The position numbers and the translations under genes are program-made. Below the pieces are notes generated by a model. The model ran no database searches. It saw nothing but the letters and a program-made list of their open reading frames with translations, and was not told the DNA's origin. A stretch of DNA of 20,000 nt from Candidatus Aminicenantales bacterium (GTDB lineage: Bacteria > Acidobacteriota > Aminicenantia > Aminicenantales > Saccharicenantaceae), in NCBI GenBank assembly GCA_049512315.1, contig JBEKXF010000002.1:112706-132705 (forward strand), read 5' to 3'. How positions within the stretch are numbered: the first letter of the stretch is position 1; the number at the start of each line of letters is the position of its first letter. Positions 1-7,402 of this stretch are shown piece after piece.

Positions 1-2702
1 TTGCTGGGAAAGGACTCGTAGCCGCGGACGAGGTCCCAGTAGGCGATATAGTAAGGATAAAAGCGATCATCCCCGGCGTCCTTGCCGTACCGGCCGACGT
101 GAAGAGCCCGGAAGGCCAGGGTGAACGGCTTGACCGGCAGGAAATATTTCCGGAAATCGGCTGAAACCGTCGTGAAATTGATGTTGCCGATAGCCGGGGA
201 CACGGCCAGGCCGTAGCTCTGGCCGATAATGGGGCTGGTCGCCCCGAAGATCCCCGTGTCATAATAAAGCCCGGCCGTGGCGTAGCCGAAGCCGAGCCCC
301 GGCTGCGATTCCGGGTGGGTCTTGCTGTAGAAGATCTCGTACCCCGTGGCATAGGAATAGGCCCAGGTGTAGAGCGTCTGGCTGAATCCGATGTGGCGGT
401 AACCGGCGCTCAATTCGATCCGCTGGGCGGAGCTCAAGGGGTAGGAGGCGAAGGCGGAAACGTCGTAGTTGATGATCCGGTAGACCAACTCCTGTTCGAC
501 CATGGCCGGTTCGCCGTACGTGGTCGTGTCATCATAGATGTTATAATAAGGATAAGGATAGACGATCCGCTGGGCGGCCATTCCCCAGTTCAGGCGGTTC
601 TTGCTGTTGAGGTAGGCCACGACACCGGAAGTATCGATGATCTGGGGGCCCGTGATCGCGGTCGTGATGACCGTGTTCGTGCCCAGCATGTCGCTCCAGT
701 ACGCGGAGATCCCTCCCGCGCCGTAGGTCCCGTACCGGTCAACCCCGATGGCCAGCGAGGGCGGCGTGACGTAATCCAGGGCCAGTTTGGACTTGTACGG
801 GGAGACCGCGAAATTCGTGTCCTTGGGCAATCCGAACAGGGGGTTCTTGAGGAGCCCCATGAGGGAACCCTCGGATTGGGTCCGCGGCGGCAGGAGGGCG
901 GGGTTGCGGTCGAATTGGGCCAGGAAGGACTGGCCGGCCAGCACGGTCGGGTCGGCAATGACCGAGATCGAGAAAAAATTCCCTTCGTACGTGCTGAGGA
1001 TGATCCGGCCCGCCTGCGTCAGCGTGATCGCGGGGCTCAGCTCCGTGATCCCGCTGATGCCCGTGTAAAGGTTCGTGACCTGGAAGATCTTCCCCGAATC
1101 CAGGTCGATCCGGTAGAGATCGGTCTTGCCGTTCTGGTCTGAAAGAAAATAGAGCCCCTTGGAGTCCGCCGTCCACTGGGGGTTGATGTTCTTGCCGTTG
1201 GGGAAGGCCAGGACCTTCTGGATCTGGCCGGATTCGACGTCCATGAGGGCCAGCTCATAATGGCCGATATCGACCCATTCCAGGTTCGTCGTGAACCTTT
1301 CGGTCACGAAGGCGATCCTCTTCCCGTCGGGCGACCAGACCGGTTGGAGGTCGCCGTAAACGTCGCGGGTCATCTGTTTCAGGACGTTGTGCTCGAGATC
1401 GTAGATGAAGATATCGGTGACGCCGCCGGCCAGGGCCGAAAAAGCGATATAGCGGTCATCGGGCGACCAGCAGGGGCTCAGGATCTCGCCGAGCTCCTTG
1501 AAGGGGATCTCCTTCTCGACCCTGTCCTTTTTCATGTCGAGGATGGTCAGGACGGGCCGCCCCTTGGTGACCCCGCCGAAGACGAACTTCTCGCCCTTGG
1601 CGTCCCACGACCCGGTCGATCGGATGAACTCGATGCTCTCGAAATGGGGGTCGAGGGCCGTCGAGATCAGCTTCCTCTTGACCTGGCCGGTCTCGGCGTC
1701 CGCCAGGAACATGTCGATGGAGAAGAGGTCCCGGCTGGACATGAAGACCATCTCCTTGCCGTCCGGGCTGACGGCCGGGGAAATGTTGTACATGCTGTTG
1801 TCCGTCCCCTTGATGAGGATCCTCGCGAACTTGTCCGTGCTCTGGGTCTTTTCAAGGAGCGGGTTGTAGGCGTCCTGCATCGATTTGTGCCAGTCGGCCG
1901 AGAGCTGCTTGAGCTTGATCCCCAGGACTCCCTCGAGGATGACCTCGTAGTCCCCGGTCCGGCCGACGGACTTCATCATCTTGCCGATGACCTCGTCCCC
2001 CCAGCGTCCGGTGATGTAGGCCCACAGGGCCTGACCCCAGCGGTAGGGGAAGTATTTATAGGAATTGTCGAGCTTATTGATCGCCGGCAGGTCCTTGCGG
2101 CGGACGGCGTCCCTCATCCACATCGAGGTGTTGGGGTCGACCGGCCCGATGGAGAGGTATTCGGCCATCCCCTCGATGAACCAGAGTGGGATCCGCAGGT
2201 TCTGCTCGTTCACTCGGGCGGCGTCGGAGTGCCCCTGGGCCATGATGTCGTACTGGAAAGCGTGGACGAGCTCGTGGCCGATGACATGGTCGGTCTCATA
2301 GAGCGAGGCGCCATAGGGAAGGACGATCCTCCGCTTGAAGGACTCCGTGACTCCGCCCGTCCCCTCCCCCATCAGCTCCGAGATGACGGTGGTCTGCTGG
2401 AATTCGGGGCTGCTGCCGTAGAGGATCAGGGGCTGACGCGTCCGCAGCTCATAATTGAACATCCGGGAATAGCGCGAGTACCAGCGCTCGGCAATGAGGC
2501 CGGCGAGCTTGACGGTCTGTTCGTCCTCCAGATAGAAATAGATGTCGAAATGCCGGGTCTTCATGATCTTGAAGTCGAACTTCTGGTACTGGACCTTGTT
2601 CCGGCCGTAGTACTGAGCGTTCAATCCCGGCGCCAGTGCGCCGACGACGAAAACGAGGAGAGCGACGGCGATAAGATATCTCGGACAAGAGGTCAACCGC
2701 AT
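1..2702 (-). CDS. Exported multidomain outer-membrane protein: N-terminal gluzincin (Peptidase_MA-like) domain + PD40/TolB-like beta-propeller + Omp85 (BamA/TamA)-like beta-barrel; 3' end truncated by window edge (about 900 codons visible)
   Basis: Not in ORF track because it has no stop in the window. ATG at 2702 with SD AAAGGAGG at 2709-2716. Manual translation: MRLTSCPRYLIAVALLVFVVGALAPGLNA-QYYGRNKVQYQKFDF (signal peptide); HELVH (2262-2276) then PLWFIEGMAEY; repeats SPAVSPDGKEMVF, SPCWSPDDRYIAF, QPVWSPDGKRIAF, NPQWTADSKGLYF; aromatic-rich beta-strand C-terminal part ending ...ADFRKYF...YWDLVRGYESFPS with the Omp85 VRG[YF] motif at about 18-29. Confidence 0.9.
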   Translation of the reverse strand, partial: MRLTSCPRYLIAVALLVFVVGALAPGLNAQYYGRNKVQYQKFDFKIMKTRHFDIYFYLEDEQTVKLAGLIAERWYSRYSRMFNYELRTRQPLILYGSSPEFQQTTVISELMGEGTGGVTESFKRRIVLPYGASLYETDHVIGHELVHAFQYDIMAQGHSDAARVNEQNLRIPLWFIEGMAEYLSIGPVDPNTSMWMRDAVRRKDLPAINKLDNSYKYFPYRWGQALWAYITGRWGDEVIGKMMKSVGRTGDYEVILEGVLGIKLKQLSADWHKSMQDAYNPLLEKTQSTDKFARILIKGTDNSMYNISPAVSPDGKEMVFMSSRDLFSIDMFLADAETGQVKRKLISTALDPHFESIEFIRSTGSWDAKGEKFVFGGVTKGRPVLTILDMKKDRVEKEIPFKELGEILSPCWSPDDRYIAFSALAGGVTDIFIYDLEHNVLKQMTRDVYGDLQPVWSPDGKRIAFVTERFTTNLEWVDIGHYELALMDVESGQIQKVLAFPNGKNINPQWTADSKGLYFLSDQNGKTDLYRIDLDSGKIFQVTNLYTGISGITELSPAITLTQAGRIILSTYEGNFFSISVIADPTVLAGQSFLAQFDRNPALLPPRTQSEGSLMGLLKNPLFGLPKDTNFAVSPYKSKLALDYVTPPSLAIGVDRYGTYGAGGISAYWSDMLGTNTVITTAITGPQIIDTSGVVAYLNSKNRLNWGMAAQRIVYPYPYYNIYDDTTTYGEPAMVEQELVYRIINYDVSAFASYPLSSAQRIELSAGYRHIGFSQTLYTWAYSYATGYEIFYSKTHPESQPGLGFGYATAGLYYDTGIFGATSPIIGQSYGLAVSPAIGNINFTTVSADFRKYFLPVKPFTLAFRALHVGRYGKDAGDDRFYPYYIAYWDLVRGYESFPS

Positions 2703-2822
2703 AGGATTCCTCCTTTAATGTTTCTATTGTAACGGATAGAAGGCAGGATGGGAAATCTTCCCGGTGACGGGGCTCCAGGCGTGTCCATAGGTCGAAACTC
2801 CTTTCGACCCCTTCCCGCGAAT

Positions 2823-2851
2823 ATTCTATATGATGCCCGGGGAAATGTCCA
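2823..2851 (-). promoter_or_regulatory. Sigma70-like promoter for the peptidase/PD40/Omp85 gene
   Basis: On the minus strand TGGACA (2851-2846), 17 nt spacer, TAGAAT (2828-2823); each box 5/6 to consensus. Confidence 0.6.
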
Positions 2852-2874
2852 GAGCCCCGCACCTCTCCGAGCCG

Positions 2875-2904
2875 TTGACCTCGCCTCGCCAAATACGATA
2901 AGAT
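2875..2904 (+). promoter_or_regulatory. Possible sigma70-like promoter for the permease operon
   Basis: TTGACC (2875-2880), 18 nt spacer, TAAGAT (2899-2904), just upstream of ATG 2919; implies a very short leader. Confidence 0.45.
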
Positions 2905-2918
2905 GCGGAAGGCTTCCA

Positions 2919-4226
2919 ATGACCGCGCACGTCCTGATCATCCTCGCCGTCATGGCCGCCGCCTACGCCCTGGCCAAAACGAAGGGCTTGTCCGTCGAGC
3001 TGAGCATGTTCGCGGCGTCCCTGGCCGGGGGGATCGCGGGTGCTTTAGCCGGGACGCCGCCGGCCGGGGAGCTCGGGCGCCACCTTGTCGAAGGGGCCTT
3101 CACGTACCTCGACGTCATCCTCGTCTTCTTCACGGCCACGCTGTTCATGACCATCGTCAACGAATCGGGCGGCGTTAATTATGTCGTCACGGCGACGGTC
3201 AGGGCCTTCGCCCGCCAACGCGCCCTGGCCCTCCTCGTCCTGATGATCATCGTCCTCATCCCGGGCGCCCTGACCGGGGCCGGCAGCGTTTCCCTCCTCG
3301 TCGTCGGGGCTCCGGTGGCCATGGCCCTCGGCCGGCTGGGGATCCCGAAAAAAAGGACCGCCGCGATTCTCTTCATCCTGGCCGGCCTGAGCGCCGCGGC
3401 CCCGCCCGTGAACATCTGGGCCATGATCCTGTGCGCGGGAACGGCCATCCCGTACGTCGGGTTCGAGCTCGTCCTGGGTCTCCCCTGCCTTCTCCTCGGC
3501 GCGTTCACCGTCTTCCTTCTCGGCTGGAAGAAAGACCCGCTCTCCGCCGAAGCCTCCGGCCAGTTGCCTGCGGCCCCGGCCGGGATAACCTGGTGGCGGG
3601 TTCTCGTTCCTTTCGCGGTCTTCTTCGGCTTGGTTATCGCCGGCCGCGTCTGGCCCTTCGGGACCCCCATCCTCGGCCTGTCCCTGGAGTTCACGGTGAG
3701 CGGCCTGGTCGCCCTCGCCCTGAGCCCGCGGAAGCTCCCGGTCCTGGCCCTTTCCCTGGACACCGTCCGACGACTCCTGCCTCTCCTTTCGACAATGGTC
3801 ATCGTCGGGATGCTCCAGCAGATCATGACGGCGACCGGCGTCCGGGGTCTGCTGTCGTTCGCCGTGATCTCGGCGCCCCTGGTCGTCCTCTTCATCCTCC
3901 TGCCCGTCATCATCCCCGTTTCCGAGGGGGTCCTGACCTACGGCGGGGCGGCCATCATCGGCATCCCGCTCGTCTGGTTCCTGGACTCCATTGGATATCA
4001 TGCGACCGTCGTCATCGCCGGGCTGAGCCTCCTCTGGCCCCTGGGCGACGGCCTGCCGCCCACGGCCCTCATCGGGCGGCTGAGCAACATGGTGTCCGGA
4101 TACCACGGTTCGTACTGGGATTTTCTGAGATCGACCTGGATCCCCTGGCTGGTCATCACGGCCACGGGGCTCCTGATGATCATCTTCAGCTCCAAGCTGG
4201 CCTTCCTGGTCCGATGGAGCATGTGA
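2919..4226 (+). CDS. DctM-like (TRAP large subunit / ion-transporter superfamily) permease, 435 aa
   Basis: Many hydrophobic segments throughout; two helical-hairpin-type PP motifs (AAAPPVNIWAMIL, LGDGLPPTALIG) as in IT-superfamily carriers. Start moved from the track's 2748 to ATG 2919 (MTAHVLII), because the upstream part is non-hydrophobic and overlaps the promoter region. Confidence 0.8.
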   Translation: MTAHVLIILAVMAAAYALAKTKGLSVELSMFAASLAGGIAGALAGTPPAGELGRHLVEGAFTYLDVILVFFTATLFMTIVNESGGVNYVVTATVRAFARQRALALLVLMIIVLIPGALTGAGSVSLLVVGAPVAMALGRLGIPKKRTAAILFILAGLSAAAPPVNIWAMILCAGTAIPYVGFELVLGLPCLLLGAFTVFLLGWKKDPLSAEASGQLPAAPAGITWWRVLVPFAVFFGLVIAGRVWPFGTPILGLSLEFTVSGLVALALSPRKLPVLALSLDTVRRLLPLLSTMVIVGMLQQIMTATGVRGLLSFAVISAPLVVLFILLPVIIPVSEGVLTYGGAAIIGIPLVWFLDSIGYHATVVIAGLSLLWPLGDGLPPTALIGRLSNMVSGYHGSYWDFLRSTWIPWLVITATGLLMIIFSSKLAFLVRWSM

Positions 4227-4260
4227 GGACCCTGATGCCTGGCATTGTCCGGAGGTTCGG

Positions 4261-4416
4261 ATGTCCTGGGTCATGATCGCCTATTATGTGATCAGCGCTT
4301 TCCTCCTGGCCCTTCTCGCCTGGAACTTCGTCCGGGAAAAGAAGAGCCCGGACGACCTCGCCCTCTATCTCTTGGTCATGATCCCGCTCATCCTGAGGCT
4401 CCTCCGGGTGAAATAG
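4261..4416 (+). CDS. Small 51-aa membrane protein with two predicted TM helices
   Basis: GGAGG at 4251-4255, ATG 4261, TAG 4414-4416; MSWVMIAYYVISAFLLALLAWNFVREKKSPDDLALYLLVMIPLILRLLRVK. Fills the gap between permease and deacylase (9 nt to next ATG) and has GC-rich third positions like its neighbours. Shorter than any ORF listed in the track. Confidence 0.85.
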   Translation: MSWVMIAYYVISAFLLALLAWNFVREKKSPDDLALYLLVMIPLILRLLRVK

Positions 4417-4425
4417 GCGGAACCG

Positions 4426-5589
4426 ATGAAGCGCGAAGGACTTTTAAAATCTCTGTTCTTGGCGGCTGCTCTCGCCCTCCTCATCTGGGGAGGACCCCCG
4501 CTCTACCGGCACCGCCATTTTGACATCCCGGTCGTCGAAGGTCCCGGAGTCACGTCCGTGGCCAGGCTGAGCGACTATTGCCCCCCTCTCAAGGGCACGA
4601 TGGCCGACACGTCCGTCTTCGTCCTCGAAGGGAAGGAACCGGGAGGGAAAGCCATCCTCCTCGGCGACACCCATTCGAACGAGCCCGAAGGGCTGCTCGC
4701 CTCGCTCGTCTTCATCGAGAACGCGACCGTCGAAAAAGGAACGCTCTACGTCATCCCATTCTTCAACAACAGCGGCAGCCGGAACACCCGGCCCGGGGAC
4801 GGCTACCCGCTCTATTTCGAAATCCCCACGGACTGGGGGGGCCTGAAGATCAGGTTCGGGAACCGTGACGCCTCCCCTCTCGACCAATGGCCGGACCCGG
4901 ACGTCTACATCCATTATCCCGACCGGCAGCTCCTGTCCTTCATCGACGTCCGGAACGTCAACCGGACCTGGCCCGGGCGGCCTGACGGACCCCTGATGGA
5001 GCGGGTCACGTTCGGCGCCATGGAGATCATGCGGAGGGAAAAGGTCGACGTGGCCGTCGACATGCACGGGGCCGAGACGATGTTCCCGGTGACGAACTGT
5101 ATCGTGGCCCCTGAGAAATCCGTCAAGATCGCCACCCTGGCGGCCATGACCGTCAAGGCTAAGGAGGGGTTCGAGAGTCACGTCGAGCCGTCTCCGGCGG
5201 GCTTCCGGGGCCTTTCCCACCGGGAGATCGGCGACCACTCCGGAACGCTGCCCTTCCTCCTCGAGGCGCCCATCCCCTTCCTCGACCAGCCGACGGGCCC
5301 CAAGACGACCAAGCTCCTCCTCGACGGCAAGGACCCGTTTCTCTTAAGCCTGGCTCGGGGGAAAAAGCTTTTCGTCCCCTATGACGAATCCGGCTGGCCC
5401 ATGGAGAGGCGGGTCGGCCAGCATTGCTCGGTCGTCCTCGAAATCCTCCGCCAGTTCTCAAAAAAGTTCCCGGATAAAGCCATCGTGGTCCGGGACGTCC
5501 CGCGATACGCCGACCTCGTCAAGAACGGAGTTGGGCACTATTTCCTGAACCCGGACAAGGCGGAGCGAAAAAAGATCGTCCTGAATTGA
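4426..5589 (+). CDS. Succinylglutamate desuccinylase/aspartoacylase-family (M14-like) zinc deacylase with N-terminal signal/anchor, 387 aa
   Basis: HxxE motif (GDTHSNEPEG), NVNRTWPG (cf. NLNRxFPG), VDMHG third zinc ligand; N-terminal MKREGLLKSLFLAAALALLIWGG hydrophobic segment. Confidence 0.85.
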   Translation: MKREGLLKSLFLAAALALLIWGGPPLYRHRHFDIPVVEGPGVTSVARLSDYCPPLKGTMADTSVFVLEGKEPGGKAILLGDTHSNEPEGLLASLVFIENATVEKGTLYVIPFFNNSGSRNTRPGDGYPLYFEIPTDWGGLKIRFGNRDASPLDQWPDPDVYIHYPDRQLLSFIDVRNVNRTWPGRPDGPLMERVTFGAMEIMRREKVDVAVDMHGAETMFPVTNCIVAPEKSVKIATLAAMTVKAKEGFESHVEPSPAGFRGLSHREIGDHSGTLPFLLEAPIPFLDQPTGPKTTKLLLDGKDPFLLSLARGKKLFVPYDESGWPMERRVGQHCSVVLEILRQFSKKFPDKAIVVRDVPRYADLVKNGVGHYFLNPDKAERKKIVLN

Positions 5590-5623
5590 CGGATCGACCA
5601 TAGATCTTCCGGAGGTGACCCCG

Positions 5624-7348
5624 ATGTCTCTGATCAAAAAACCGGGCCCGGCGCTGGTCCTCGTCGCGGCCCTCATCGTCACGGGATTGGCACTCGTTCA
5701 CTCCCGCCCGGAAAAAGCGGGGGCGCCGGCGGCCGCCGACGAATTCGAGAACTGCACCGTCATTATGGTGGGGAAAGAGGCCTCGACGGACGGCTCGGTC
5801 ATGGCGACCCACGCCGCCGATTGCGGAGTCTGCGATTTCACCTGGCGCCACGTGCCGGCCGCGGACCACAAGCCCAGCGATAAAAGGAAGATCTACCACA
5901 TCAATCAGATCCGGACTTGGCCCCCTTCCCAGGGCCTGAAGTGGGACCTGATCAAGAAAGATCTCACGGGCCTGGAGTTCCCCGAGGTCCCTCATACGTA
6001 CGGCTATCATCATGCCGTCTTCGGCTATATGAACGACCAGCAGCTGGCCATCGGCGAGTCGACGATAGGAAACCAGCGCAAGATGTCGAACCCCACGCCC
6101 TCGGGCGTCATGGACATCACCATGCTCACGCTCCTGGCCATGGAGCGGGCCCGGACCGCCCGGGAGGCCATCAAGCTCATGGGGGGCCTGGCCGAGCAGT
6201 ACGGGTACGGCTTTCACGACTCGGGCGAGATGCTGGCCGTCGCCGATCCGAAGGAGGTTTGGGTCTTCGAGATCATGCCGGTCGGTCCCCTGTGGACGCC
6301 CAAGACCGGCAAGCCGGGCGCCGTCTGGGCGGCCCAGCGTGTTCCCGACGACGAAGTCTCCGTCTGCCCGAACGAATCGCGCATCGGCGAGATCGACCTC
6401 GCCCATGCGGAGTATTTCATGGCCTCGCCGAACGTCGTGTCCTACGCGGTCGAGGCCGGATTCTACGATCCCAAGAGCGGCAGACCGTTCAACTGGAAAC
6501 GGGCCTACAACCCGGCCGAAGCGAGCGCCGCGACCGACCCCCGACGATCCCGGCTGTGGCGCTTCCTCGACCTCGTGGCTCCGTCGCGGAAGTTCAGCCC
6601 CGAAACTCCCAACATGGATTTCCCTTTTTCGGTGAAGCCGGACAGGAAGCTCTCCGTGGAGGACGTCATGGCCATGACCCGGGACAAGTCGCAGGGAACG
6701 GCCTTCGACCCGGTCCGCGGCCTCCGGGGCGGCCCCTTCCAGAACCCGAATTACTACAAGGGGACTCGGCTGATCAGCGTCCCGAACGTCGAGTACACGA
6801 CGGTCACCCAAAGCCGGGCCTGGCTCCCGGATAGCATCGGCGGCATTGTCTGGGTGGCCCTCGGCTCCCAGGATACGTCCTGCTACATCCCTTTCTATGC
6901 GGGCGTCACGGACATCCCGAAGTCCTTCTCCGTCGGCGACCACTGGGTCCTCAACCGCGAGGCCGCCCGCTGGGCCTTCGATTACGTGGATTTCCATGTC
7001 CAGGTAGCCTACAACGCGGCCATCGTCGACGTCAGGGAAGCCCAAAGAAAATGGGAGAGTGAGGCCGTGGCCGGCGTCCAGGAGAGAGACCGGCAGGCCC
7101 AGGAGCTGTTCCGCAAGAGCCCCGCGGCCGCCGCCCGCTTCCTGACCGGCTATTGTCTGACAAACGCCCGGAACGTCATCGAAGCCTGGTGGAAACTCGG
7201 GGACGACCTCTGGGTGAAATACAACCATGGCATGCTCTACAACGCGGGCAAGCGGCTGAGCGGTCGGATCCCCACGGCCAACCCGGAGTGGTGGAACAGG
7301 GCCGTCCGGGCCCATGATGTCCTGACGGAGCCCGATGCGAAAAAGTGA
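5624..7348 (+). CDS. Exported peptidase family C69 (dipeptidase/secernin-like Ntn-hydrolase), copy 1, 574 aa
   Basis: GGAGG 5611-5615 favours ATG 5624 over GTG 5615. Signal peptide, then CTVIMVGKEASTDGSVM (nucleophile Cys at 5753-5755), MNDQQLAIGEST, LAMERARTAREAI, GEMLAVADPKEVW, WAAQRVPDD, NESRI. Confidence 0.9.
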   Translation: MSLIKKPGPALVLVAALIVTGLALVHSRPEKAGAPAAADEFENCTVIMVGKEASTDGSVMATHAADCGVCDFTWRHVPAADHKPSDKRKIYHINQIRTWPPSQGLKWDLIKKDLTGLEFPEVPHTYGYHHAVFGYMNDQQLAIGESTIGNQRKMSNPTPSGVMDITMLTLLAMERARTAREAIKLMGGLAEQYGYGFHDSGEMLAVADPKEVWVFEIMPVGPLWTPKTGKPGAVWAAQRVPDDEVSVCPNESRIGEIDLAHAEYFMASPNVVSYAVEAGFYDPKSGRPFNWKRAYNPAEASAATDPRRSRLWRFLDLVAPSRKFSPETPNMDFPFSVKPDRKLSVEDVMAMTRDKSQGTAFDPVRGLRGGPFQNPNYYKGTRLISVPNVEYTTVTQSRAWLPDSIGGIVWVALGSQDTSCYIPFYAGVTDIPKSFSVGDHWVLNREAARWAFDYVDFHVQVAYNAAIVDVREAQRKWESEAVAGVQERDRQAQELFRKSPAAAARFLTGYCLTNARNVIEAWWKLGDDLWVKYNHGMLYNAGKRLSGRIPTANPEWWNRAVRAHDVLTEPDAKK

Positions 7349-7402
7349 CCGCCGGTGCGGGCGGCCCGTGATCCAAGGGAAGCATCGACAAGGAGGCCAT
7401 CC

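Noticed and set aside
315..2732. Plus-strand ORFs 315-1142 (275 aa) and 1260-2732 (490 aa)
   Set aside because: They are antisense shadows of the motif-bearing minus-strand Omp85 fusion gene; long stop-free antisense frames are expected with high GC3, and the translations have no recognisable motifs.
2748..2918. 57-codon N-terminal extension of the permease in the ORF track
   Set aside because: Overlaps both divergent promoter candidates, is not membrane-like and lacks a good SD; ATG 2919 is preferred. Similar over-extended starts were trimmed at 7355, 8974, 9761 and 15243.
4245..4523. 92-aa ORF listed between permease and deacylase
   Set aside because: Overlaps the deacylase and has Pro/Arg-rich off-frame composition; the 51-aa ORF at 4261-4416 has the SD and fits the gap.
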